The notes under the pieces are model-generated. The model saw only the letters and a program-made list of their open reading frames with translations, was not told where the DNA came from and ran no database searches. DNA of 64,000 nucleotides, taken from positions 1,088,001 to 1,152,000 of the forward strand of contig CBDFJG010000003.1 in NCBI GenBank assembly GCA_965248445.1. The letters are read 5' to 3'. Below are positions 49,199 to 59,205 of the stretch, in pieces (positions within the stretch are counted from its first letter, which is position 1; each line of letters starts with the position of its first letter). This DNA is from Planctomycetota bacterium (GTDB lineage: Bacteria > Planctomycetota > JAJSAM01 > JAJVHW01). Both the position numbers and the translations under genes were made by a program.

Positions 49199-52000
49199 AT
49201 GCACCGCCGTCGTCGACTCCTGATCGTCCTCGCCACCGTCGTCGTCGCGGTAGCGTCCCTCACATGGCGGTCACCGGACACGCGTGCGGACGACGGGGAC
49301 GCCGTTGACACCAAGGTCTGCATCTGTGCGGCCGCGACGGGCGCGTGTCAGCACTACCTGCGCACGCCCAAGAAGCCGACCAACGACCCGTGCTGGTGTC
49401 ACAAGTGCCGCGAGTTCTCGAAGCACGACGGAGGCACTCTGCCGGATGGCTGGAGCCAGTCGTGCTTCAAGAGCAAGACGGAGGAGCTGTACCTGAAGCG
49501 TCACGCCGCGGCGTGGGCCATCGTGTGCAGCGACTGCCTGGCGGACGACACGCCGTGCAAGGCCGGTAAGACCAAGTGCGGCGCCTGCGCATTCTCGGCC
49601 CCCGGCACGAAGGACTACGCCGGACGCGATGCCAAGCGCACCGTGATGAAGCGGTTGACCAAGGAGAAGAAATTCTTCAAGAAGGCGAAGAACGTCCGCG
49701 TGCTCTACAACGCGCGCTTCTACCTCGTGACGGATCAGGTCCCGCTCAAGGTGCCGACCGGCGCCGTGACGAAGCGTCTCGCCAGCGGGCACGAGTGGGC
49801 GCACATCATGATGGAGCGGGCCGAGTACGCGAGGCGGGAGTTCACGGACCATCTCGGCGAGAAGCTCGACATCGATAAGCCGACCGGGATGTACTTCCCG
49901 GTGTCGCAGCGCGACGGCAACAAACTTGCGCGCCTGTACCTCGGCAACCCAACCGCAAACATCCTGTATGGCGGCAGCGACAACAGCTCTGTCGCAGACG
50001 CGTTCTGCTTCCATGGGTTCATCACGTCGATGGACCAGTTCGGCCAGAACGGTGACCCGGCGATCCACTTCGCCATGCGCCACATGCTTGGCCACGAGCT
50101 CATCTCGTGCTGGACCGTCGTGGATGGCCACAACCGCGCGCTGCCACGCTGGCTGCACGTCGGCAGTGCTCACTGGCTGTCCCGTCTGCAGCCGCGCTTC
50201 CGCGAGGACGCCTTCGCGTGCCACCTCGAGGGCAGCGAGATGGAGCTGCCCGGCACGAAGTGGGACAAGGAGCTGCGACGCATCGCCAAGGCCTCGAAAC
50301 CGGGCGCCATCGAGAAGCTGCTCGTCAAGAGCGCGCAAGGGCAACTGACCGAGGACGACCATCGCCGCGCGTGGAGCTACATGGACCTGTGCCTCTCGGA
50401 GTGGCGCGAGCCCTGGGTGGCCATGCTGGCAGCGCGACGCAAGCGGACCAAGGAGCGTGACGCGTTCGTCGAGCACCTGAAGATCACTCCGGAGGTGTTC
50501 GACGAGCGCTGGCGCGAGCGCGTCTCGGGCAAACGCAAGAGCATGTCTCCGTCGCGCGTGGACGACGAGGCCACGACGAACGAGGATCTGACGTCGCGGG
50601 AGCGCAAGTCGCTCCTGCGGGAGAAAGACCCCGCGACACTCTCCGCACGCGTGCGGGGACTCGGCACCGTCGACGATCCGGCGACGGCGAAGCTGCTGGT
50701 CGATCTGCTGGCGCGGGAGAGTGATCTCGTCCGCGAGACCGTCATGGTGTCCCTGCAGGAGATCGAGGCGCCGGCCGTGCTAGCAGCGGCTTGGAAGCAC
50801 GGGCTCGACCACGATGACGAGCTGGTGCGCGCCTACATCGCGCGGGTGTGCGGACGGCGCTCGGTCGCCGAGTCCGTCCCGGCGCTGCGCAAGCAACTCG
50901 GGGACCGCAACTGGTACGCCCGCGCCGAGGCGGCGGTCGCGCTCGGGACCCTGGGCGATGCAGAGTCGATGACCGCGTTCGTGAAGCTCCTCGGTGACTC
51001 CGCCGACAAGGCGAAGCTCGCGGGGATGGACGCGCTCTCCATGCTGGGAATGGCGTCCGAACCGGCGGTCGGCTCGATCGCGAAGCACCTGTCGTCATCC
51101 AGATGGCAGCTGCGGGTGACGGCCGCACAGGCGCTCGGCGCCATCGGGAGCATGGAGGGGGTCGAGCCCCTCATCACGCGGATGGAGATCGAGTCCGGAA
51201 GGCTGCGACGGGACATTCACGACGCGCTCAAGTCGATCACGCGTGATGACCTGGGCGAGAAGCCCGAACACTGGCGCACGTGGTGGGACAAGCAGACCGC
51301 CGCGGGCGACGGCGAGCTCCCGGCCCGACCGGACGCCCCCACGACGGGTGCCCCCGAGGACGAGCCGGAGAACCGCTACGCGGAGGCCGAGTACTTCGGG
51401 ATCGACCTGTACGGGAGCCGGATCGCGTTCGTGCTCGACACGTCGGAGTCGATGGAGCTGCGCTTCTTCCCGGACGACTCCGTTCAGAAGCGACGCGGCC
51501 GGCGGCTGCGTGGTTCGAACAAGATCAACATCTGCAAGGCGGAGATCGCCGAGACACTGCGCACGCTCGACAAGCGCTCCCGCTTCAACCTGATCTCGTT
51601 CTCGGACTCGGTGAAGTCGTGGAAGGACAGGATAGTGCCCGCCAGCGGCGAGAACGTCGAACAGGCAATCGATTGGCTCAAGAACCGCCTGACCAACGGA
51701 GAGACGAACTACTACGACGCGCTGTGCACCGTCCTCGACCTGAGCGACCGGCCCGACGCGTCGCCGAACTTCCGCGACACTCCGGACACCATCACGTTCC
51801 TGACGGACGGGATGCCCACGCGCGGCAAGATCACCGACTCGAAGACGTTGCTCGCCTGGTACACGCGGCTCAACCGCTACTCACGGGTGACCACGCACGT
51901 CATCGCGTTCGGCGACAAGGGACTGGAGATCGAACTGCTGCGCGCGCTCGCCACGGAGAACTACGGCACGTTCGTCCACGTCCCGAGCCGCAAAGAGTAG
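49199..52000 (+). CDS. Large secreted protein: Cys-rich N-terminus, peptidase-like region, HEAT repeats, C-terminal vWA
   Basis: Signal peptide, CxC/CxxC clusters, HMLGHE..PRWL..G, HEAT repeats, FVLDTSESM, TNYYDAL, FLTDGMPT. Confidence 0.88.
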   Translation: MHRRRRLLIVLATVVVAVASLTWRSPDTRADDGDAVDTKVCICAAATGACQHYLRTPKKPTNDPCWCHKCREFSKHDGGTLPDGWSQSCFKSKTEELYLKRHAAAWAIVCSDCLADDTPCKAGKTKCGACAFSAPGTKDYAGRDAKRTVMKRLTKEKKFFKKAKNVRVLYNARFYLVTDQVPLKVPTGAVTKRLASGHEWAHIMMERAEYARREFTDHLGEKLDIDKPTGMYFPVSQRDGNKLARLYLGNPTANILYGGSDNSSVADAFCFHGFITSMDQFGQNGDPAIHFAMRHMLGHELISCWTVVDGHNRALPRWLHVGSAHWLSRLQPRFREDAFACHLEGSEMELPGTKWDKELRRIAKASKPGAIEKLLVKSAQGQLTEDDHRRAWSYMDLCLSEWREPWVAMLAARRKRTKERDAFVEHLKITPEVFDERWRERVSGKRKSMSPSRVDDEATTNEDLTSRERKSLLREKDPATLSARVRGLGTVDDPATAKLLVDLLARESDLVRETVMVSLQEIEAPAVLAAAWKHGLDHDDELVRAYIARVCGRRSVAESVPALRKQLGDRNWYARAEAAVALGTLGDAESMTAFVKLLGDSADKAKLAGMDALSMLGMASEPAVGSIAKHLSSSRWQLRVTAAQALGAIGSMEGVEPLITRMEIESGRLRRDIHDALKSITRDDLGEKPEHWRTWWDKQTAAGDGELPARPDAPTTGAPEDEPENRYAEAEYFGIDLYGSRIAFVLDTSESMELRFFPDDSVQKRRGRRLRGSNKINICKAEIAETLRTLDKRSRFNLISFSDSVKSWKDRIVPASGENVEQAIDWLKNRLTNGETNYYDALCTVLDLSDRPDASPNFRDTPDTITFLTDGMPTRGKITDSKTLLAWYTRLNRYSRVTTHVIAFGDKGLEIELLRALATENYGTFVHVPSRKE

Positions 52001-52191
52001 GCTCTGCTCGTTCAGCCCCGGGCCCGGTACAGCTCACCGAACCCAGCGTCCCCGGTCTCGTTGGGGAGGCCTCCGGCTCCCAAAGGTACTCGAGCGCCGG
52101 ATGCGCTCGTGCCGACACCGCGGCGCCGGGCGCTCGCCGTATCGACCCACCTCCTCTCCGCCTGCCACTCCCATGTCACCGGCCCCGATCG

Positions 52192-53723
52192 GTACCCGTT
52201 CAGCCCTTGGTTCTGAGCTCGGATCCAGATCGCTTTCCGTTCGGTCGATGAATCGGATGTGGGCACCGATGAGCTGCGTGATCTGGTCGAGCGCCTGACC
52301 CGTCGTCTGGACGCTCGGGACGAGACGATTGCCGAGCAGGCGGAGGTGATCGAGCGGCAGGCGGCACGGATCGACGATCTCGAGAGCCGTCTTCGCCGGG
52401 ACTCCCGCACCTCCTCGCGCCCACCGTCCTCGGATCCGTCGTGGTCCAAGAAGCGGCGGCGGCGCAAGCCGCCGTCGGACAAGCGCCAGGGTGCGCAGCC
52501 CGGCCACAAAGGGGCGACGCGCAAGCTCGTGGACGAGTCCGAGGTCGATGGCGTAGAGGACCACCGCCCGCGCGAGTGCAGCGCGTGTGGGAGCGACGTG
52601 CTCGTCCCGATCGATCGCGCCCCGACACGCCAGCAGGTCTTCGAGGTCCCGCCACGGCTGATCCAGGTGACCGAGCACCGGTTGCACCGGGCACGGTGCA
52701 CGGACTGTGGCGCCACGTCCACTGCCTCGCTGCCAAGCGGTGTGACGGCGAGTCCCTTCGGCCCGCGACTCTGTGCGCTCACCGCGGCTCTGGTCGGCGT
52801 CTTCCGCCTGTCGCGGCGCGAGACCAGTCGTCTGTTGCGTGACGTCATCGGCGTCTCGATGTCACCGGGCACGGTCAGTGCGATCGAGGAGCGGGTGTCG
52901 GGAGCCATCTCCTCAGCGCACATCGAGGCCCTCGGGGCCGTACGCACGAGCAGCGTCGCCTATGTAGACGAGACACCGTGGTCGCGTCGTGGCACGCTGC
53001 ATTGGCTGTGGAGCGCGGTCTGTGAGCACGCCACGGTCCATCGTATCGATCGGCGCAGGAGCGCCAAGGCCATGCGGCGACTCGTGGGCAAGCGCTTCAG
53101 GGGCGTCCTCGTGACCGACCGTATGGGCGCTTACGACCAGCATCCCACCGAGCGCCGCCAGATCTGCTGGGCGCATCTCGAGAGGGACTTTCGAGCGCTG
53201 GCCGAGGGCTCGCGCGGCGGCCGGCGCTTCGGCAAGCAGGCCGTGCGTCTCGCCCAGGCTGTCATGCGAGCTCAGCGTCACTTCGGCGAGCACGGGGACC
53301 GCGACCGCATGCGGCGTGAGCTGCGTCTCACATGGGACCGACTCCTGACGCTGCTCGTGCGCGGCGCAGACAGCAAGCACCGCCGAGTACGCGGAACGAC
53401 TCGGCATCTGCTCGACCGAGCGGAGGCTCTGTGGACCTTCGCCGACGTCCCTGGCGTCTCCCCGACGAACAACGCCGCTGAGCGCGCGGTGCGCAAGCCG
53501 GTCCTGTGGAGACGCGCAACGCACGGAAGTCAGAGCGAGCGCGGACTCCGCTTCGTCGAGCGCATCCTGACCGTCACCGCCACGCTCCGCCAGCGTGGCG
53601 AGAGCGTCTTCGATTACCTCGCAGACGTCAGCGCGGCACTCGCGCACAACCGCTCGCCGCCGGCTCTCGTCGCGCTCCCGATCACGCGCTGAGGCCGCGG
53701 ATCGTCATACCCTGAACGGGTAC
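52192..53723 (+). mobile_element. IS66-family element (single-ORF, ISBst12-like group)
   Basis: 12-bp IRs GTACCCGTTCAG / CTGAACGGGTAC. Perfect 8-bp TSD CCCGATCG at 52184-52191 and 53724-53731. Confidence 0.95.
52259..53692 (+). CDS. IS66-family transposase
   Basis: DS.TSSRPPSSD, GAQPGHKG, CxxC pairs, VDETPW, QICWAHL.RDF, PTNNAAERAVR. Confidence 0.95.
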   Translation: MGTDELRDLVERLTRRLDARDETIAEQAEVIERQAARIDDLESRLRRDSRTSSRPPSSDPSWSKKRRRRKPPSDKRQGAQPGHKGATRKLVDESEVDGVEDHRPRECSACGSDVLVPIDRAPTRQQVFEVPPRLIQVTEHRLHRARCTDCGATSTASLPSGVTASPFGPRLCALTAALVGVFRLSRRETSRLLRDVIGVSMSPGTVSAIEERVSGAISSAHIEALGAVRTSSVAYVDETPWSRRGTLHWLWSAVCEHATVHRIDRRRSAKAMRRLVGKRFRGVLVTDRMGAYDQHPTERRQICWAHLERDFRALAEGSRGGRRFGKQAVRLAQAVMRAQRHFGEHGDRDRMRRELRLTWDRLLTLLVRGADSKHRRVRGTTRHLLDRAEALWTFADVPGVSPTNNAAERAVRKPVLWRRATHGSQSERGLRFVERILTVTATLRQRGESVFDYLADVSAALAHNRSPPALVALPITR

Positions 53724-53800
53724 CCCGATCGCACCCGATCAACGGCGGGGCGCCCGGGGGAATCGAACGCCAGAGCATCGCGACCGTCTGTAATCGGGTC

Positions 53801-54535
53801 ATGAGGGACTACGAACCGGCCATGTCATTCGACGGGGAGAGCGCGGCGCGGTACGACGCGGGCCACGTCCGGGGAGACGAAGCAGCGACGGTCGCGTTCC
53901 TGGAGCAACTCGCAGGCGGCGGACGCGCGCTGGAACTGGCGATCGGGACCGGGCGCATCGCGCTTCCGCTCGCAGCGCGAGGCGTCACCGTCGACGGCAT
54001 CGACTTCTCCGAGGCCATGGTCGCGCAGCTGCGCGGCAAGCCGGGAGGAGACAAGCTCGACGTCACGATCGGCGACTTCTCCGACGTCGGCGTGCCCGGC
54101 CGTTACCGCGTGGTCTACGTCGTCTTCAACACCCTGTTCAACCTGCTGACGCAGGACGACCAGGTCCGCTGCTTCGAGAACGTCGCCGCCCATCTCGAGG
54201 AAGACGGCGTGTTCGTCGTCGAGGCGTTCGTCCCCTCCTGGCTGCACCGGCTGCGCGACCACCAGTACGTGGACGCAGAGTCGATCGACACCGCTCACGT
54301 CAAACTCGACATGGGACGCCACGATCCCGTCCTACAGATGCTCGACGAGAGCCACGTCACGCTGTCCGACGACGGGTTCCGCGCCGCGCCGATCGTCTGC
54401 CGCTACGCGTGGCCGAGCGAACTCGACCTGATGGCGCGCATCGCGGGCTTGCGACTGCGGGAGCGCTGGACCGGCTGGGAACGACAGCCGTTCACGGCCG
54501 ACAGTCGCAATTGCATCTCCGTCTACGGACGCTGA
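53801..54535 (+). CDS. Class I SAM-dependent methyltransferase
   Basis: ALELAIGTGRIA, FNTLFNL, RYAWPSELDLMA. Confidence 0.92.
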   Translation: MRDYEPAMSFDGESAARYDAGHVRGDEAATVAFLEQLAGGGRALELAIGTGRIALPLAARGVTVDGIDFSEAMVAQLRGKPGGDKLDVTIGDFSDVGVPGRYRVVYVVFNTLFNLLTQDDQVRCFENVAAHLEEDGVFVVEAFVPSWLHRLRDHQYVDAESIDTAHVKLDMGRHDPVLQMLDESHVTLSDDGFRAAPIVCRYAWPSELDLMARIAGLRLRERWTGWERQPFTADSRNCISVYGR

Positions 54536-54627
54536 CGCGCGGGTCAACCTGCGCGTCGCCGGTTCTGCGCGGCCACGCCGTCTCAGGGCTGACCACAGTG
54601 GCGCCTCGCGATCGGGGAGGGCGCGAG

Positions 54628-55053
54628 CTAGGCCAGGTCCTTCCGCAGGAAGACCCGGGAGTGCGGCGGCGGCGAGTCCTCGAGCACCGCGAACGTGGTG
54701 TAGCCCATGCGCTCATAGAACTCGGGCGACTGGTAGCTCAGCGTGTTGAGGAAGACGCGCGGATGACCCTGACGGAGAGCCTCACCCTCAGCACGCTCCA
54801 TCAGACTGCGCCCGAGTCCGCGCCCGCGGTGCTCCTCGACGACAAAGAGCGACTGGACGTAGAGCCACCCGCCGCCGAGTGTGCCGCGCAGCCCGCCCAG
54901 CGCGGAGCCATCGGTTGCGCGGGCGACGATCGTGAGCGGCGCGTACTTGATTGGCCCCGCGCGAGACAGGTCGTACGCATCGAGTCCGTTCTCGATGACA
55001 GACATGACCTCGGGCGCCGGGTCGGCCTCGATAAGAAGTGTGAAGTCGGACAC
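54628..55053 (-). CDS. GNAT N-acetyltransferase
   Basis: LFV.EEHRGRGLGRSLM, T.SYQSPEFYERMGY. GTG follows GGAGG. Confidence 0.92.
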   Translation of the reverse strand: MSDFTLLIEADPAPEVMSVIENGLDAYDLSRAGPIKYAPLTIVARATDGSALGGLRGTLGGGWLYVQSLFVVEEHRGRGLGRSLMERAEGEALRQGHPRVFLNTLSYQSPEFYERMGYTTFAVLEDSPPPHSRVFLRKDLA

Positions 55054-55277
55054 GGCGCCTCCGCGGGCATCGGACAAGCGTAGCGTCGCTCGCGCGTCGA
55101 CGCGGACACGCGGCGACGACGGGGAGTGTACTTCGCGTTCGTGTCGACCGAATTCGAGGAACCGATCCCCCAGGGGGACGCCTCGCCCGAGTGACGGCCA
55201 GGCTCGATTGCAACTCGGCGTGAGCGTTCCCAGAGGGGGCAGTACCGTGTGGCACCCCCGTCGGGCCGGAGGAATCG

Positions 55278-56765
55278 ATGCGCCTCATCAACAGAGCGCT
55301 CGTCGCCTCGCTGGCGGCACTGCTGCTGGCAGCCGTGCTGCTGACCACGACGAAGGCTGTCGCGCAAGACAGCGCAGCGCGGACGATTGCTCAAACGGAG
55401 GAACTGCTCGTCGTGCGCCAGGAGATCCGGCGCGTCATGCGCGAGATCTCTCGGCACGAGGATCTGCTCGCAGACGTCGTGCACGAGTCTGAGCATGGTG
55501 CCTCCGGACCGCACTCCGAGCGGGTGAACCGACTCGAGAACGAGGTCGTCGACGCGGAGACCGCTCTGCTGGACATGCGCAAGCGCCGCAGGTTCACGGA
55601 GCGGCACCCGGATGTGATCGCCGGCGTCGCAACGTGTGCGGAGCTGCACCGACTGCTCCAGGCCGAGGTCGGGATCGGCCGACGGGAGCTCGAGAGAGCG
55701 CGCGCGCGCAACGCGTCGGCGGTGGCGTCCAGTCGCCAGCAGATCGACGCACTGCAGGGCGAACTGGACCGGCTCGTCACCGTGCAGACCCTCCTGACGG
55801 ACGAAGCGAGTGCTTTGCCGCCGGTGGAGACGCCCGAGGAGTGTGAGTTGTCGCCGATGCCTCCCGAGCCGCCAGTCGTGGAGGCGCCGCCCCCCGCGCC
55901 CCCGGTCGTCGCACCCACGGTCGTCGAGCCCCCCGTCATCGCGATCCCGACCCCGCTGCCCGCTCCGATGCCGGCGCCTGCGGCGGAGGACGACGAGCTG
56001 GAGCAGCTCCGCACCGAGGTCACACGGCTCAGCGGGCAGCTGAGCACCTCGATTGACAACCTGCGTAGAGACGGCGGCATCGCCGCGTTGCTGCTCGCAG
56101 GGGCGGGCGCTGTCGGTCTCTGGTTCCTGGGCCGGTCGAGCCGCCTCCGCTCGTTGCTCGCGCCGTTCCGTGAGTACCTTCCCGAACAGCTCCAGTCCCA
56201 GCTCGATACGCTGACGAAGCAGCCAGCACCGGTTTCTTCCGCAGCGCCCACAGCGCCACCGCCGGCACAACCTCCGCCGAACGCAGCCGAGCCGGCGGCG
56301 CCGGCGCCGAGCGCAGCGCCGACGGCATCAGCAGCACCGGCAACGCCCGCCGCTACACCGACGCCACCCGCAGCAGTTGCAGCGCCGGCAGCCACAGCAG
56401 CGGCAGCGGCGGCGCCGCGCGCGCTACCAGAGGCGGTCGTCCTGTCATCAACGGCCGCACCGGCCGCAACCAAGACGGCGGTGCTCGCCGGGCGCGTGGA
56501 GGGCCGCGACGGTCCGGTGAAGGGCGCACGAGTGCTCCTCGCGGTGTCTTCGCGGCCGCGTGGCCGGACGGGCCCCGGTACGGCGCGCACCACGACCAAC
56601 GCCGATGGAGAGTTCGAGTTCACGGTTGCGCCGGGCACGGAGTACATCGTCGACGTGACGCTGGGCGACCAGGCGCTCCGCGTCGACTCCGTCTCGCTTG
56701 CGCCCGGCGAGCGCAGGGAACTCAACGTCAGCCTGCCCGGTGCGCCGCGATCACGCGATGCGTGA
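55278..56765 (+). CDS. Hypothetical membrane protein: coiled coil, Pro/Ala linkers, TM, carboxypeptidase-regulatory-like domain
   Basis: Signal peptide, FTERHPDV, internal TM, LAGRV..PVKGARV..TTTNADGEF. Confidence 0.7.
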   Translation: MRLINRALVASLAALLLAAVLLTTTKAVAQDSAARTIAQTEELLVVRQEIRRVMREISRHEDLLADVVHESEHGASGPHSERVNRLENEVVDAETALLDMRKRRRFTERHPDVIAGVATCAELHRLLQAEVGIGRRELERARARNASAVASSRQQIDALQGELDRLVTVQTLLTDEASALPPVETPEECELSPMPPEPPVVEAPPPAPPVVAPTVVEPPVIAIPTPLPAPMPAPAAEDDELEQLRTEVTRLSGQLSTSIDNLRRDGGIAALLLAGAGAVGLWFLGRSSRLRSLLAPFREYLPEQLQSQLDTLTKQPAPVSSAAPTAPPPAQPPPNAAEPAAPAPSAAPTASAAPATPAATPTPPAAVAAPAATAAAAAAPRALPEAVVLSSTAAPAATKTAVLAGRVEGRDGPVKGARVLLAVSSRPRGRTGPGTARTTTNADGEFEFTVAPGTEYIVDVTLGDQALRVDSVSLAPGERRELNVSLPGAPRSRDA

Positions 56766-56793
56766 TCGCGGGTAGCAGACAGCGCGCCACGTC

Positions 56794-58362
56794 TCAGCGC
56801 CGGATCAGCGGCCCCTTCTTCGGGATCTTCAATCGCACCCGGTAGGAGACCTCGCCGGACGGGCCTTCGCCGCGGCCCATACCGAGCACGAGCGTGCCGG
56901 TCGACGGAACGCGCACCGCCGCGAGCTTCAACTTCGTTCCCTTGCGATTCGTCTTCAGTGGGGTTTGCAGCTCGACCCACTCGGCCGTCGGCCGCGCATC
57001 GCTCTTCGAGCGGATCTTCACGTCGACCGTGGCGCCCATGTAGCCCGGGAACTGCAGCTGATTCGCGAGCCCCACCATCAGCCTGCCGTCGTGTCGGATG
57101 GTCTTGGCACCGAGCCGCAGCTCATAGGGCGTCACGCCGGGGTTGTCGTTGGTGATTTGGATCAGGTACCGGCCGTCCGCCGGCACGGTCACCTTGCCCT
57201 TGGCCCGGCGATAGCGCAGTTGATCGAGCAGCGGCGTGCCGTTGGATTCCTGCATCACCTGGAGCCGCAGCGATCCGGCGTCGAGGGCTGCACGAACGCG
57301 CAACTTGGTGCCGGCAGTGAGATCGACGGCGAAGGACGCATTGCCGAACGAGATGACCTCTCCCGTCACGCGAGTCCCCAGCCCGATGACCAGCGCGTCA
57401 CCGCCGCCCTCGATCAGTTGCGCGGCGACACCCGAGTTGTTGCTCCTGTCTCTGTCGTAGACGGCCTGCTGCGCGTCGAGGATCACGCCGATGCGATAAA
57501 TGCGCGGCTCGAGAACGTCGGGCAACCGAACGCTCACCGTTGCGTCGCGGGTCGCGCCGGCGTCCAGGCCGGACTGCACCGCGGCGCGCAGATAACGGTC
57601 GTCTGGAGTAACGCCACCGCCCTCCACGAGGTAAACCGTCGCCGCGAACGTCCCGGTCGGATCGGTGCCGACGTTTCGCATCGTGAAGGACACGCGGATC
57701 TCGTCCCCGGCCTCGACGTCGGCGGAAGCGAGGGTCACGTTCTCGATCAGAAGGTCGGCATCATCCGGCGGCGGCGGCGGAGGAGGCGGCTCCGGGTAGA
57801 TGAACCGGCAACCCTCCTGGTCGTCGAAGGACAGAAGGCGCTTCAGAGACACGCCGTCATAGATCGGGTGCATCACCGCCGGGTTCACGGACTCGTGATC
57901 AAGTCCCAGTACGTGGCCGAACTCGTGGACGGCAACCGACCTGAAGTCCGCACCCCCGGAACCGGTCGTGGACCACGTGTGGTTCACGTTGAACGCGACG
58001 TCCCGGTCCCAGATCGCGGGTCCCGTGAGCGTCAGGTAGGTGACCGCCCAGGCTCCCGGAGACAGCCCACTGGAGAAGTAGACGTCGCTGTTTCCGTTGG
58101 TCGTGTCGAGGAGGTTCGTCGACGGACTCGACCCGGCAGCGAAGTACACGAAGTTCGATCCCTGCACGCCCGACCAGACCGACATCGCCGCCCGCAGCTC
58201 GCTGACGTAGGACGGGAACCCGGTCCAACTCGGGTCGTGGTACACAGTCGCGCGTGCGTTGGGCCACTTCGCCGGCGCGCCCCCGTAGTCGATCGTGTTG
58301 AAGGCCATCGCCGTCGCGGCTGCGATCGCAAGCGTCGTGACCGAGACTGCGCGGCGCCTCAT
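56794..58362 (-). CDS. Matrixin (M10) metalloprotease with CARDB domain
   Basis: HEFGHVLGLDH, Met-turn AVMHP, DQEG..IY, poly-Pro linker, ADL..GDEI.V.FT.RNVG..SNN. Confidence 0.92.
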   Translation of the reverse strand: MRRRAVSVTTLAIAAATAMAFNTIDYGGAPAKWPNARATVYHDPSWTGFPSYVSELRAAMSVWSGVQGSNFVYFAAGSSPSTNLLDTTNGNSDVYFSSGLSPGAWAVTYLTLTGPAIWDRDVAFNVNHTWSTTGSGGADFRSVAVHEFGHVLGLDHESVNPAVMHPIYDGVSLKRLLSFDDQEGCRFIYPEPPPPPPPPDDADLLIENVTLASADVEAGDEIRVSFTMRNVGTDPTGTFAATVYLVEGGGVTPDDRYLRAAVQSGLDAGATRDATVSVRLPDVLEPRIYRIGVILDAQQAVYDRDRSNNSGVAAQLIEGGGDALVIGLGTRVTGEVISFGNASFAVDLTAGTKLRVRAALDAGSLRLQVMQESNGTPLLDQLRYRRAKGKVTVPADGRYLIQITNDNPGVTPYELRLGAKTIRHDGRLMVGLANQLQFPGYMGATVDVKIRSKSDARPTAEWVELQTPLKTNRKGTKLKLAAVRVPSTGTLVLGMGRGEGPSGEVSYRVRLKIPKKGPLIRR

Positions 58363-59048
58363 CGCCCGCGCTCCTCATCCTCTCGCGCCGGCGGGGTATC
58401 GGATCCCCGCTCCTCATCCGGCTCTTCCGCGGGATCGCCGTCGGCGCGCTGCGCTGCCTTCTCCGCGCGCTCGCGCGCATGCAGCTCCGCGGCTTCGAGT
58501 GCGCGGATGACCTCGACCTGGAACTCGACGAGGGTGAGCGGCCGCTTGAGCCTCTTCGTGCGCTTGAGCACCGGTGCGCCGTCGGTGAAGCCGTAGACGG
58601 CGTGTCCGTCGGCGTCGTACACGTACTCGACGCTCGTCTTCTCGTCCTTGCGTACCTGGTAGCAGCCCTGCACCCAGCCGATCGTCGGGCAGAGCGCATC
58701 GCCGTCCGGATCGACGAACAGCGCGTACCGCTTGCCCACGTCGAACTTCGGCACTCCCGGGACCAACAGGGTTCGCTCACCGATCTTGCCGCCCGCGAAT
58801 CGGTAGGTGACGGTCGAACCGCTGACGCTGCCCTTCCAGACGTCCAGGGTTCCGAACTCCACCTCCGTGAAGATCAGGTTGCGTGGCTCGCCACCGCGCA
58901 CGACGGTCGTGCGACGAGCTGTCGCCACGACGATCTCGCGGGAAGCGTCCGCCACCTGCTCGAGCGAGAAGCGCTTCAGTGTGGTTGCGGTCGCGGTCCC
59001 GGCAAGGAGCACGGCCAGCAACGCGGCGCGAATCGTCCTGCTCTGCAT
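58359..59048 (-). CDS. Secreted hypothetical protein coupled to the matrixin
   Basis: Signal peptide, SLEQV..SREIVVA, GG.IG..L.VPGVPKF..G..Y.LF, GW.QG. Confidence 0.75.
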   Translation of the reverse strand: MQSRTIRAALLAVLLAGTATATTLKRFSLEQVADASREIVVATARRTTVVRGGEPRNLIFTEVEFGTLDVWKGSVSGSTVTYRFAGGKIGERTLLVPGVPKFDVGKRYALFVDPDGDALCPTIGWVQGCYQVRKDEKTSVEYVYDADGHAVYGFTDGAPVLKRTKRLKRPLTLVEFQVEVIRALEAAELHARERAEKAAQRADGDPAEEPDEERGSDTPPAREDEERGR

Positions 59049-59205
59049 GTCACCCCTCCCGTGCCACGCGCTCGCGCCGCGGTGAGTGGTCACGTGGGCG
59101 CACGGAGAGTGTACCCGTTGACTTCTCACAGCTGACTCGACTGCCCCACTCTGAGCCTGGGACGTGCTGGCCGACGCGTGCGGGGCGCGGCGTCGCGCGG
59201 CGGAG

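Noticed and set aside
49300..49600. Multiheme cytochrome
   Set aside because: The Cys clusters lack the CxxCH motif.
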